64,000 bases of DNA from an uncultured Gemmatimonadales bacterium. Its GTDB lineage: Bacteria; Gemmatimonadota; Gemmatimonadetes; JACCXV01; JAHWKZ01. Made by a program: the position numbers and the translations under genes. This document shows positions 26,904-35,204 of this stretch, piece after piece. The DNA is taken from NCBI GenBank assembly GCA_964619975.1, contig CAZUIY010000042.1:278-64277 (forward strand), read 5' to 3'. A model generated the notes under the pieces. That model did not search any database. It was given only the letters and a program-made list of their open reading frames with translations, and was not told the DNA's origin. The number at the start of each line of letters is the position of its first letter. Position 1 is the stretch's first letter.

Positions 26904-27140
26904 TTATGCTGGAAGTTGCTCTTCCGCTGCCGGGTCTGGCTGAATGGTTTCCACTGTTACCGGCTTATCAGAAAAACACACCACTTTGAATTCGGACCCG
27001 TCCTTCCCGGTAATCGTCAACTCCGTTGTGTTGAGAAATACGGCGCCGAATTGCAACGGCTCTACCTTTTGCTGGATCGACTGAACGCCGTGGATATTCA
27101 TCGATGCGAACTGCATTTTTCCCTCCGTTTGTTGTTGCAT
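26904..27140 (-). CDS. Hypothetical protein (78 aa)
   Basis: It is an intact ORF. Confidence 0.45.
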   Translation of the reverse strand: MQQQTEGKMQFASMNIHGVQSIQQKVEPLQFGAVFLNTTELTITGKDGSEFKVVCFSDKPVTVETIQPDPAAEEQLPA

Positions 27141-27254
27141 ATGGAGGTTTGATTGTTGCGCAATCGCACATATATGTCAACAACTATTTGTTATGTTTTT
27201 GCGCGACTCTGCGGACAAAATTTTTTGCCGCGAACGCGACAAGAGAAGAGGGGG

Positions 27255-27617
27255 TTATTCTTCGGATTCGACGTGGCGCATGATTCGCCACTTGAGAATT
27301 TCCAGGGGGGTGATCGCAGAACGGGGATTCAGAAAATACGAGCCTTCCATTCCGGCTTCGTAGTCATGCTCATATTCCGCACAGCCCACTATCCCTTTCA
27401 ACGTGCCATTTCTTGCATTCTCGGCCAGTTGTTCGGTATATGCGATCAGGCTTTCCCGCAGGCCGTCCGGGAGATCGTTTTGTTGTTTTTTTGATACCAC
27501 AAGGCTAATGAGGTTTTTCGGGTGCTGAGAGGCCGGGGTGTTGTCGTTACCCCGTGACTGGACATGTTCAAGCTCTTTGATGCGGCTTTTGCTGGTTCGC
27601 TCGATAATCCGAGGCAT
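27255..27617 (-). CDS. Hypothetical protein (120 aa)
   Basis: It is an intact ORF that overlaps the CI-like gene end by 50 nt. Confidence 0.45.
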   Translation of the reverse strand: MPRIIERTSKSRIKELEHVQSRGNDNTPASQHPKNLISLVVSKKQQNDLPDGLRESLIAYTEQLAENARNGTLKGIVGCAEYEHDYEAGMEGSYFLNPRSAITPLEILKWRIMRHVESEE

Positions 27618-28098
27618 CAGGGGAGGGTCTGCGTCGCTTTATTGGTTGGTTTTGATGACGGGATTCGCCAAGTCTAAGTTGCGGATTGGGGTAGATATCC
27701 GTCTGACGGCGGTCAGATTCATCGCGTGAATCTTCGTAATAGGCTTCCGGCTCGGACAGCCGTTCCGCCATTTTGTAGATGATACCACGATCTTCGCGGG
27801 GCATAGCCTTGATATTGTTGATGAGTCTGTACTCGTCCAGCGTCAGCAATTCCTTCAGCGTCAAATCCTCGCGCGGCATTTCCATGCCTTCGATGGGAAC
27901 GTCACCGCGCAGCTGGCTTTCCGTGATCCGGTACAACCGGGCGATACAGCGGACGGTATCCGGTTTCAGGTCTCCGCGAGGATTGCCCAGGAAACGGTAA
28001 ATCGTGGATGGATGCACGCCTGTTTCCTTGAATATCGAGTGCGGATTATGGCCTGACTGCTCCATCAGGTTCCGCAAAATTGTGTGCATCTTGGACAT
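27568..28098 (-). CDS. CI-like HTH repressor without a recognisable S24 peptidase domain
   Basis: An internal start gives MSKMHTILRNLMEQSGHNPHSIFKETGVHPSTIYRFL (HTH). It diverges from a Cro-like gene. The 289-aa tabulated form would cross the promoter region. Confidence 0.65.
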   Translation of the reverse strand: MSKMHTILRNLMEQSGHNPHSIFKETGVHPSTIYRFLGNPRGDLKPDTVRCIARLYRITESQLRGDVPIEGMEMPREDLTLKELLTLDEYRLINNIKAMPREDRGIIYKMAERLSEPEAYYEDSRDESDRRQTDIYPNPQLRLGESRHQNQPIKRRRPSPDASDYRANQQKPHQRA

Positions 28099-28210
28099 GC
28101 TGCGTATTGTTTCGTGCGCGAAACACTTTGTCAAGCGAAATGTGGCGTGTATGCTTTCGCGCATGATATTATTGACATCTGTGATTTTACGCAACATAAT
28201 CTTGGACACG
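28099..28210. promoter_or_regulatory. Divergent immunity switch region (promoters and operator-like dyads)
   Basis: The plus-strand promoter is TTGACA (28172-28177), 17 nt, CATAAT (28195-28200). The minus-strand promoter is TTGACA (rc 28129-28134), 17 nt, AACAAT. An 8-bp inverted repeat GCGCGAAA/TTTCGCGC lies at 28116-28123 and 28155-28162. The dyad TTTCG-TGCG-CGAAA lies at 28110-28123. Confidence 0.55.
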
Positions 28211-28447
28211 ATGATTATTCCAATAATTCCACCCAAAAAATATATCGACGACCTGCGGGAGAAAGCAGGGTTGTCCGATGCCGAAATCGCGAAAGCGGCG
28301 GGGCTTACGAGAACAACAGTCTGGCGGATCAGGCATGGGAAGCACAAAACCACGTCGGTCGAGCCAGGAAACAGAATTGCCAATCTGCATGCCATGGTTT
28401 TCAAGAAACGGGCAGTAGCAGAAAGGCGTGCGAGCAAATGCTCATGA
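28211..28447 (+). CDS. Cro-like HTH regulator (78 aa)
   Basis: Internal ATG at 28211. HTH reads LSDAEIAKAAGLTRTTVWRIRHGK. Confidence 0.65.
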   Translation: MIIPIIPPKKYIDDLREKAGLSDAEIAKAAGLTRTTVWRIRHGKHKTTSVEPGNRIANLHAMVFKKRAVAERRASKCS

Positions 28448-28574
28448 GCGCACTAGGGACTGCAAGCCCGAACGGTGGAAATGCCTCATCCACCAACGTG
28501 CGCTCACCCTATCAACGAGGCACCGCTCTTGCAGGCGGTTTTGTAGGAGGCAGCAAAATGGAAGAGGTGTCGGG

Positions 28575-29507
28575 ATGAAAAACGATGAGCAAGTACATCC
28601 GTTCGCAATAGTTCCTGCTGAAGTCGTAATGGACACTAGGTTAACTCTCGAAACAATGCGGGTTCTTGTTACTCTCTTTTCATTCAGAAACAAGGTAACT
28701 GGACTTACATTCCCCAGCAGGGAAGCCATTTCAGAGCGATGCGGGATGCATCCTTCAAATATAAGCGAGGCCACAAAGAAACTTGTTGATCTTGGATGGC
28801 TTTCCAAGGATGGAAAGGGTGGTTACAGCAAAACAACGAAATACACCATAACCATACCCGAAGAAGTCTCTGAAATGGCTGAAAAGCATAAGGCAAGAAG
28901 TGATGCAAGGAAGGCAAAAGTAGCCGAACAAACTACCGTAGCCCAATCGGCTACGGTAGCCGAACAGGCTACACGCAAAGGTAGCCCAGTCGGCTATTCA
29001 TCGGTAGCCGAACAGGCTACACGCAAAGGTAGCCCAGTCGGCTACACGCAAGTAACAGATCATTTAACAGATCAACTAACAGACAAAAAAGCAACAGAGT
29101 TGTCTGCGCCGAAAAAATCCGGCGCCCCCAAAGAAAAATCTGAGGCTGTTACGAACGAGGCATGGGCGGCTTACAACACGGCTTATTTCAATCGGTATGG
29201 AACCGAAATGATAGAAACCGGGAAAACAAGAGGCCAGATGATGACTTTTCTAAAGCGGGTCGGGAGAGAAGAAGCTCCTCACATTGCCGCCTTCTACGTT
29301 TCCCTTAACAACAAGTATTACGTCCAGAACCAACACACCCTTGGCGCACTTGTTTCAGACGCTGAAGCTCTCCGCACTCAATGGATCACTGGCCGCACCA
29401 TGACTTCCCGCCGTGCTTCCGAGATTGATGACACGGCCACCAACGTGAACGCGGTTAATGAAGCAATCGCAATGCTGAGAAGGAGGGAAAAAAATGCAGC
29501 GCTCTGA
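28575..29507 (+). CDS. Replication initiator (lambda O-like winged-helix N-terminus) containing the origin
   Basis: The start gives MKNDEQVHPFAIVPAEVVMDTRLTLETMRVLVTLFSFRN..FPSREAISERCGMHPSNISEATKKLVDLGWL. An iteron array lies inside the coding sequence. Confidence 0.7.
   Translation: MKNDEQVHPFAIVPAEVVMDTRLTLETMRVLVTLFSFRNKVTGLTFPSREAISERCGMHPSNISEATKKLVDLGWLSKDGKGGYSKTTKYTITIPEEVSEMAEKHKARSDARKAKVAEQTTVAQSATVAEQATRKGSPVGYSSVAEQATRKGSPVGYTQVTDHLTDQLTDKKATELSAPKKSGAPKEKSEAVTNEAWAAYNTAYFNRYGTEMIETGKTRGQMMTFLKRVGREEAPHIAAFYVSLNNKYYVQNQHTLGALVSDAEALRTQWITGRTMTSRRASEIDDTATNVNAVNEAIAMLRRREKNAAL
28920..29100. repeat. ori: Origin-like iteron array: six 17-bp dyads GTAGCC-N5-GGCTAC followed by 12-bp-spaced TAACAGA repeats in an A-rich tract
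   Basis: The dyads lie at 28920-28936, 28938-28954, 28956-28972, 28981-28997, 29004-29020 and 29029-29045. TAACAGA occurs at 29053, 29065 and 29077, and AACAGA at 29093. Confidence 0.75.
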
Positions 29508-30192
29508 TTTGGAAACGGCGGTACAGGTAATCGGCGCAACTGCTGAAGTCATGGGAACGAGGTTGCAGCCAATGGCGCTAACACTGATGGCAGAGGATTT
29601 ATCGGAATATCCGCTCGAAGAACTCAAGGCCGCTCTCAAGCGTTGCAGGCGGGAAGTATCCGGGCGTTTGACGCTGGCTGCGATCATCGACCGGATTCAC
29701 TCTGCGGATGGTTTCCCTGGCGCGGACGAGGCATGGGCTCTGATGAGCAGGCCGGAGGATGAAACGGTTGTAATCATTAGTGAAATGGCCGCTGCGATGC
29801 AGGTGGCAAGGCCATTACTCGCTGAGGGCGATAACGTAGCGGCGCGGATGGCTTTCCGCGAAACCTATACGCGCATAGTCAACGAGGCCAGAGACAAGCA
29901 CCTGAAGCCCGCATGGTTCGTATCCCTTGGTCATGATCCGGCAGGCAGGGTCCAGCCGATAGCTGACGCGATCCGGGCAGGCAAGCTCCATCTGGATCAT
30001 TCCCTTGGCCTGCTCGGTCCTGATTCAAAGGCTGAACTCCTGAAGCTCACAGGAAACACGAATCACCCTTTCCTGATCGAGTACAAGCAAGCGCGGATCG
30101 AGGCGCAAAAACCCCTGGACAGGGATTCAGGGCTGAAGCATATCGCCGCGCTCAGGGGCATATTCCGGCAGCCGGAAAAGGAGGAATCATGA
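29494..30192 (+). CDS. Hypothetical protein, possibly replication-associated (helicase-loader position)
   Basis: It overlaps the initiator stop. The suggestion rests on position only. Confidence 0.4.
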   Translation: MQRSDLETAVQVIGATAEVMGTRLQPMALTLMAEDLSEYPLEELKAALKRCRREVSGRLTLAAIIDRIHSADGFPGADEAWALMSRPEDETVVIISEMAAAMQVARPLLAEGDNVAARMAFRETYTRIVNEARDKHLKPAWFVSLGHDPAGRVQPIADAIRAGKLHLDHSLGLLGPDSKAELLKLTGNTNHPFLIEYKQARIEAQKPLDRDSGLKHIAALRGIFRQPEKEES

Positions 30193-30404
30193 AGTTCACA
30201 GATTGCTCGAAACTAAACGCAGACGAGCGAACAGATATGTTCGGAAAAGGATTTGCAGATGTCTTGGTGACAGGGTTTTGTGTTGAAGACGGGCAGATGT
30301 ACACAAGGATTGTCCTTGACGGAAATACGGCGACTCTGATCGGGGACCCGGAGCAAGCGCTACACAATTACCTGCTAGGCAAGAATCTAGGGAGGGCGCA
30401 GTAA
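30189..30404 (+). CDS. Hypothetical protein (71 aa)
   Basis: It has an ATGA-coupled start. Confidence 0.5.
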   Translation: MKFTDCSKLNADERTDMFGKGFADVLVTGFCVEDGQMYTRIVLDGNTATLIGDPEQALHNYLLGKNLGRAQ

Positions 30405-30607
30405 TGAAAACCTCTCCGACCTATACCGAGCAATTCCGAAAAGAATGCGAGGCGCGCCACGTATTGACCATGAGCCGTCAGCGCCGCAAAGCTTACTACC
30501 AGGGCGTCAAAGAGAAGTGCGGGGCAGCTGCCGAAAAGGAACTGATTGCCGAGGTCAGGCGGCAGTACAAGATGCGGGAGAAAGCGCAAGGCTTGGAGTT
30601 GGCATGA
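30404..30607 (+). CDS. Hypothetical protein (67 aa)
   Basis: It is coupled at both ends. Confidence 0.5.
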   Translation: MKTSPTYTEQFRKECEARHVLTMSRQRRKAYYQGVKEKCGAAAEKELIAEVRRQYKMREKAQGLELA

Positions 30608-30978
30608 TCAAAACCCGCCAGGCACCCGAGTTCCAGCAGCAATGTGCTTTGTTTAATTGGAGTGCGCTATTTTCCCGGACATATCCAGAGTTAAAGCTCC
30701 TGCGTGGATCCATGAACGGGGTCAAGCTGACTGCCGCTCAAGCTGGCAAGGCAAAAGCGGCGGGGATGCTGAAGGGCGAACACGACGTGACACTGCCGGT
30801 GCGTCGTGGGCGATACATCGGGCTATCCATCGAACTCAAGCACGGTGACAACCGGCCAACGAAAGAGCAGCTGGACTACGGGGCCGCGCTTGAAGAAGAG
30901 GGCTGGTTCGTTACCTATTGCTGGTCATGGACGGAAGCAGCGGACGTGATCCAGAAATATTTGAAGGGGGAACTGTGA
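30604..30978 (+). CDS. VRR-NUC domain nuclease
   Basis: Internal start MIKTRQAPEFQQQCALFNW. The PD-(D/E)XK-type block reads GEHDVTLPVRRGRYIGLSIELKHGDNRPTKEQ. Confidence 0.8.
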   Translation: MIKTRQAPEFQQQCALFNWSALFSRTYPELKLLRGSMNGVKLTAAQAGKAKAAGMLKGEHDVTLPVRRGRYIGLSIELKHGDNRPTKEQLDYGAALEEEGWFVTYCWSWTEAADVIQKYLKGEL

Positions 30979-31382
30979 GCGACGAACTGCCCGAGGGCAT
31001 CAGCGCGACTCTCAGGACGTACCACATGATGAGGGATGGAACCCTTCGCGTGGTGGCAGACGTAGACCCGCGATTCAAAGCGAATTTCCACAAATTATTC
31101 CCGGATATTGACACCCCTATCGCGCTTGCCCCTCTCAGACTGGATTTCGAGCGCATCGAACTCAAGCAGCAAGGGCCGCTCTGCAAACTAGCCGCTATTT
31201 GGTGCAAGGACAGGGATTTTCAGGAGTGGATAGAGAGAGAGGACGAACAAGAGGCGGCGGAGTGGATCCGGAAAACCTGCGAAGTCGAATCAAGGCGTGA
31301 TCTGGACAGCGACCATGGCGCCGCGCTGCGCTTCCAGCAATTTGTGCGAGAACCGTTCATGGACTGGATGAAGGGCCGATGA
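30975..31382 (+). CDS. Hypothetical protein
   Basis: The GTG start overlaps the VRR-NUC stop (GTGA). Confidence 0.45.
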   Translation: MSDELPEGISATLRTYHMMRDGTLRVVADVDPRFKANFHKLFPDIDTPIALAPLRLDFERIELKQQGPLCKLAAIWCKDRDFQEWIEREDEQEAAEWIRKTCEVESRRDLDSDHGAALRFQQFVREPFMDWMKGR

Positions 31383-31660
31383 CCCGCGACGAGCAGCGTC
31401 ACCATGACATTCTGCGTTGCCTGGGGTGCGTGATCTGCCGGAAATTTTTCGGCAAACACACGCCCCCGTCCATACATCACATTGCAGAAGGCTCAGGACT
31501 CCGTAGCGAGTGGATGACGGCTCCATTGTGTCATAGCCATCACCAAGGACCGGAAGGCTTCCACAGCGCCCCAAAACGATTCTTGGCGGCATATAACCTT
31601 CCTACCGAGTATCACCTGCTGCTGTACGTTGCAAAATTCAGGGCGGAGGACCGGATTTGA
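31379..31660 (+). CDS. Small Cys/His-rich putative HNH-type nuclease
   Basis: CLGCVIC..IHHIAEGSG..PLCHSHHQGPEGFH resembles a zinc-finger/HNH pattern. The assignment is tentative. Confidence 0.4.
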   Translation: MTRDEQRHHDILRCLGCVICRKFFGKHTPPSIHHIAEGSGLRSEWMTAPLCHSHHQGPEGFHSAPKRFLAAYNLPTEYHLLLYVAKFRAEDRI

Positions 31661-31923
31661 TCATCCGGCACGACAGGGAATGGCGCAAATTCGCCCATGA
31701 GTGGCACCTGAACCTGAAGCGCATTCCGGGGTTGAGCTTTATCGAGTACGAATATGCCATCACACGCACTGCCTGGGCAGCGTGGGATCGTAGATCGGAA
31801 CTGGCGGCAAGCGCGGCTGAAGCACGCGCAATGTACAACGCAGGGCTTCAACATGCGTCAGAAGTGATCTATCAGATTCACGGCAAAGAGTCGGCCAAAG
31901 CTATCCAGAAACTGAAAATCTGA
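31657..31923 (+). CDS. Hypothetical protein (88 aa)
   Basis: It has an ATGA-coupled start. Confidence 0.5.
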   Translation: MIIRHDREWRKFAHEWHLNLKRIPGLSFIEYEYAITRTAWAAWDRRSELAASAAEARAMYNAGLQHASEVIYQIHGKESAKAIQKLKI

Positions 31924-31932
31924 GGGCAATTC

Positions 31933-32442
31933 ATGTTCCACAGCTGCGAATCTGCGCTTCATTGGGCCTATAACATCTCGGAGCGGCCAATCGTCAAGAT
32001 GGCGGCAATAAACACGATGCGAGGTGCATCGACAGGTATGGCAAACGAACTGCTCGACAACCTCACTGCCCAGGATCGGCACGGACAGGCGGCCATGATT
32101 ATCGGAATGGTGGACCAGTTGCATGATCCGGTGGCGCGGGAATTCGTAAAAGCGAGGTTTGGCAGAAGGTTGAGTCAAGAGGAACTGCGGTTGCTCGTAT
32201 TCCGTTGCTGCGGGTGGGTTGGGGTAGGGGAGGAAAAGCATGATGCGGTCTACAGGATAGTGCGGGGATATTTCGGGCCGGGGAATATCTCGTTACGAAC
32301 GATCAGGCGGTCCATCGGATGTAGGCACAGGTCCGCAATCGTGACAAAGCGGGAGTTGTTCGACGGATTGGAATCGATAAACAAAAATGCCCTGGCAGAG
32401 TTGTCAGGGCAAATGGAAAGGAAGGGGCTGATTAGCCCCTGA
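31933..32442 (+). CDS. Hypothetical protein; last gene of the rightward early operon, a candidate late-gene regulator by position only
   Basis: It is 169 aa. I recognised no diagnostic motif. Confidence 0.5.
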   Translation: MFHSCESALHWAYNISERPIVKMAAINTMRGASTGMANELLDNLTAQDRHGQAAMIIGMVDQLHDPVAREFVKARFGRRLSQEELRLLVFRCCGWVGVGEEKHDAVYRIVRGYFGPGNISLRTIRRSIGCRHRSAIVTKRELFDGLESINKNALAELSGQMERKGLISP

Positions 32443-32463
32443 TATGAAGGGCTAAATGATGGG

Positions 32464-32793
32464 TCAATCTATCACCGAGCAAAACGGTGACTCCATAAGA
32501 TGGAGTTTCTTTGCGTAAAACTGGGGTTTTTCGCCTTCAGGCGAACGATTGGCATTCTCAAAGACTCCAACTGCGAACCCTTGATTTGCCAGCTTTAAAG
32601 CCAGCCAGGGGTGGACACAAGCAACCGCCTGAAATGGTCCGGCGGGGTGCGAATCAACAACGCCCCATGCCATTGGGGCGAATGCGTCCACGTCGCCAAC
32701 GTGGATCAGATCAAACCCTTGCTCGGCGGCAAGGGCGGTCTGTTCAGCTGTTGGTGTGTGGCGGCTGATAAATGCCATTTTTGCCATTTTCAT
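32464..32793 (-). CDS. Hypothetical protein (109 aa)
   Basis: It is an intact ORF with an AAGGA SD. Confidence 0.5.
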   Translation of the reverse strand: MKMAKMAFISRHTPTAEQTALAAEQGFDLIHVGDVDAFAPMAWGVVDSHPAGPFQAVACVHPWLALKLANQGFAVGVFENANRSPEGEKPQFYAKKLHLMESPFCSVID

Positions 32794-32866
32794 TTTTTCC
32801 TTTTGGGTTGTTTGTTGCCCCGATTGAGTTACAAACCTCGGGGCGGGGTTCGACGAAGAGCATTAC

Positions 32867-33046
32867 TCAGCTAGAGTAGTGCTCTACAGCCGCGAAGAGG
32901 TCTTCGACAGCCGCCTTGGCATTGTCGAAGAAATTCTCTTCTAGCTGTTGGCCGTAGTAGCCTTTCACTACTACAGCCCATATGCGTCCGGCGCGGTATT
33001 CAACCACGCCAGAGCAAAGCCGCTCTCTAATATCCAACAATTTCAT
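32867..33046 (-). CDS. Hypothetical protein (59 aa, below the ORF-table cutoff)
   Basis: Read by hand as MKLLDIRERLCSGVVEYRAGRIWAVVVKGYYGQQLEENFFDNAKAAVEDLFAAVEHYSS, with an AGGAG SD upstream. Confidence 0.45.
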   Translation of the reverse strand: MKLLDIRERLCSGVVEYRAGRIWAVVVKGYYGQQLEENFFDNAKAAVEDLFAAVEHYSS

Positions 33047-33128
33047 TTTTTTAACTCCTGTGGTGGTTTATTGAATTCTGAATGAATCAAGGGTGATTTT
33101 GTTATCCGGCAAGCTTGCGGGTCATGAG

Positions 33129-33392
33129 TTACCCACACCCTCCTAGATGCTCGGTTGCCTCATTGCATGGATTTCTAGGCACACTCCCCACTGATTCCTC
33201 CCCATCGTAATTGAGAGGGAAATAAACCCTGTTTCTAGTCCAGAGGGTAAACGGCGTGCCTTCTGGTTGCCCATAAGAAGAATCGAAGTCGCGGTCCAGT
33301 TCTCCGTTTTGCAATGTGCAGTGCTCTACATCTTCCCAGGACTCATCTTCAAGAATCATTTCCTGCTGTATCAATTCACGCCAGCTTGTCAT
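33129..33392 (-). CDS. Hypothetical protein (87 aa)
   Basis: It has an AGGAGA SD. Confidence 0.5.
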   Translation of the reverse strand: MTSWRELIQQEMILEDESWEDVEHCTLQNGELDRDFDSSYGQPEGTPFTLWTRNRVYFPLNYDGEESVGSVPRNPCNEATEHLGGCG

Positions 33393-33457
33393 TTTTTCAT
33401 GTCTCCTACAATTCGCGGCAAATTTGTCGTCATCAGTATGCGGTGATGACGCGGCAA

Positions 33458-33661
33458 TCAGAGAAGTTTAGAAAGGGTGTATCCAAGCACGACAAGAAGC
33501 GGAATCGTCAGGATTCGGGAGCGCAGTAATTTTCTGTTTTCCCGATGGATCACCTTTTCATACTTTTTACCGAAGGTCAGGCGGTGCGCGGCATACCCGG
33601 CAAGCTCAATCAACCATAAAAAGATGATTATTTGCAGGATCAGCAATAAGTCTGGATTCAT
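33458..33661 (-). CDS. Small membrane protein (67 aa)
   Basis: It has two hydrophobic segments and a weak SD. Confidence 0.4.
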   Translation of the reverse strand: MNPDLLLILQIIIFLWLIELAGYAAHRLTFGKKYEKVIHRENRKLLRSRILTIPLLVVLGYTLSKLL

Positions 33662-33768
33662 GGTGTCCGGGCAGTGATTGACTTACCCACCCCTTCCGCC
33701 CCTCTTGCCCTTGTCACTCGGCTGGGGCTTCAGGCGTGGATAACTCCGTTCGGGGAGGTCGGCGGGGG

Positions 33769-33996
33769 TCATCTTCTGCTCCTGAACTCAGGGGGAATAT
33801 GATCCATGACTTTTTGTGGGCCAAAAATCACATATGGCCCGCCCACATTTAATGCTATTTCCATGGCGTATGCCGCGGCTGCGGCGGGATCGCTTCCAGC
33901 TTCCCCTGATCGCGGCCTGCCTGTGCCAGTTTTGTGGGAACAGGTGAATCGTCCTGGCATGCTGGAACTCTCTGTTACTGTGATTATTGTTGCCAT
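33769..33996 (-). CDS. Hypothetical protein (75 aa)
   Basis: A perfect AAGGAG SD lies 5 nt upstream of the ATG at 33996. Confidence 0.5.
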   Translation of the reverse strand: MATIITVTESSSMPGRFTCSHKTGTGRPRSGEAGSDPAAAAAYAMEIALNVGGPYVIFGPQKVMDHIPPEFRSRR

Positions 33997-34223
33997 TGTG
34001 ACTCCTTAATCTCATTTATCCAGAAATCAACACTGTGCGCATAACGCCCAGCTGCAATATGAGGATAACGCTCCTTCATGACTTTGACTGCTGCCGAATA
34101 TCCGGCCACAGGGCCGATTTTACCAATTGGAATTGGATCAAAAGCAAACGACTCTGCCTCTTCCTGAGTTTTAAACTCAGCAACTATCTCGTCATCAAAT
34201 AATGATCCCAGCACTTCAAACAT
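33984..34223 (-). CDS. Hypothetical protein (79 aa)
   Basis: It has an AAGGAGA SD. Confidence 0.5.
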   Translation of the reverse strand: MFEVLGSLFDDEIVAEFKTQEEAESFAFDPIPIGKIGPVAGYSAAVKVMKERYPHIAAGRYAHSVDFWINEIKESQWQQ

Positions 34224-34440
34224 TTTGTTCTCCTTTCTTTATGTTGAATAGCTCCCACGATGCAGCTGGCATTCTCCGTTCCCCTGATTCGTACTTTCTC
34301 CACGCAGACAACGTCACGTGGATTAGTCTGCATGCCTCTGCCTGGGTGAGTCCTGTTTCGGCTCTGGCAGCAATGATTTCGACCGGAAGGGGATTTCGCC
34401 CCTCTCGGGGCGATTTGGAACGGTTTGGGTGTGAGGTCAA
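34216..34440 (-). CDS. XRE-type HTH protein (74 aa)
   Basis: It has a TTG start with a GGAGG SD. HTH reads LTQAEACRLIHVTLSAWRKYESGERRMP. Confidence 0.6.
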   Translation of the reverse strand: MTSHPNRSKSPREGRNPLPVEIIAARAETGLTQAEACRLIHVTLSAWRKYESGERRMPAASWELFNIKKGEQNV

Positions 34441-34474
34441 TTTGAAAATCCTCCGTTCTGGGTTGATGGTGTAA

Positions 34475-34642
34475 CTATGCGTGAGTTAAATAAGCTTTGC
34501 TGACATCGTAAACCCTCCATCCCTGAGGGCATTTAGCGTCGGCTTGATTGCAAGCTTGGACGATGCTTCCGCTGCGTCCAAGCTTCAACACTTTTCTTTC
34601 GCCAGTTTGTTTATTAATGATAATGGCGCGGTAGGTGAGCAT
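34475..34642 (-). CDS. Hypothetical protein (55 aa, below the ORF-table cutoff)
   Basis: Read by hand as MLTYRAIIINKQTGERKVLKLGRSGSIVQACNQADAKCPQGWRVYDVSKAYLTHA, with an AAGGAGA SD. Confidence 0.4.
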   Translation of the reverse strand: MLTYRAIIINKQTGERKVLKLGRSGSIVQACNQADAKCPQGWRVYDVSKAYLTHA

Positions 34643-34656
34643 TTATTTGTTTCTCC

Positions 34657-34935
34657 TTACTTTTTAAGTAAACGGTCGTATTCAACGTAATATTCTGCGC
34701 CGGTTATATCTATCACCTCCCTGCTGTAGTCTTTGAGACGGTTGCTGGCTTTTATTGCAGCGGACGCCGTCTTGTGTGTGGTGTATCCCTTTCCGCCGTA
34801 GTAAGCGGCCAGGATGACCGCATACTTGCAGCCAGGCGCAAATACAATATTGCGGTCATACATATCACTCGCCAGATCATGGATTGATCCTGTTCCAGAC
34901 ATTTTTTTATGGATGGTGATAGTCACGCTTGCCAT
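34657..34935 (-). CDS. Hypothetical protein (92 aa)
   Basis: It has an AAGGAGA SD. Confidence 0.5.
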   Translation of the reverse strand: MASVTITIHKKMSGTGSIHDLASDMYDRNIVFAPGCKYAVILAAYYGGKGYTTHKTASAAIKASNRLKDYSREVIDITGAEYYVEYDRLLKK

Positions 34936-34961
34936 TTTCGTTCTCCTTGGTTGTGGTTGTT

Positions 34962-35135
34962 TTAGAGTCTGGTCAGACTGGCAACCGTGTTGACCCCATC
35001 TACGTTCCAGTTGTTATTCACGGCGTCCATCGCACTTTTCTCTTCTATTCCGTCTTCCATAAGTAGGCGAACGGCCCTGTTCATCAGGTCAATGTCGCGC
35101 TGGGTGAATCCATTTGTGTTGTCTAGGGTAAACAT
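34962..35135 (-). CDS. Hypothetical protein (57 aa, below the ORF-table cutoff)
   Basis: Read by hand as MFTLDNTNGFTQRDIDLMNRAVRLLMEDGIEEKSAMDAVNNNWNVDGVNTVASLTRL, with an AAGGAGA SD. Confidence 0.4.
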   Translation of the reverse strand: MFTLDNTNGFTQRDIDLMNRAVRLLMEDGIEEKSAMDAVNNNWNVDGVNTVASLTRL

Positions 35136-35204
35136 TTATTTCTCCTTTCAGTGGTTGTTAATCCGTCCACCCATGCCCGGTTAAGAGCATGAGTTGAAGG
35201 ACTA

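Noticed and set aside
27568-28437. The tabulated 289-aa form of the CI-like ORF, and the long forms of the ORFs at 28004, 28084 and 28428.
   Set aside because: These extensions run through the divergent promoter/operator region and overlap the oppositely oriented regulator. Internal starts give compact HTH proteins and a normal initiator N-terminus.
28920-29045. The regularly spaced palindromic repeats, considered as a possible CRISPR array.
   Set aside because: The units are only 17 bp and nearly contiguous, with 1-8 bp between them. They lie inside an intact ORF and are followed by an AT-rich tract, which fits replication iterons rather than repeat-spacer architecture. No cas genes are present.
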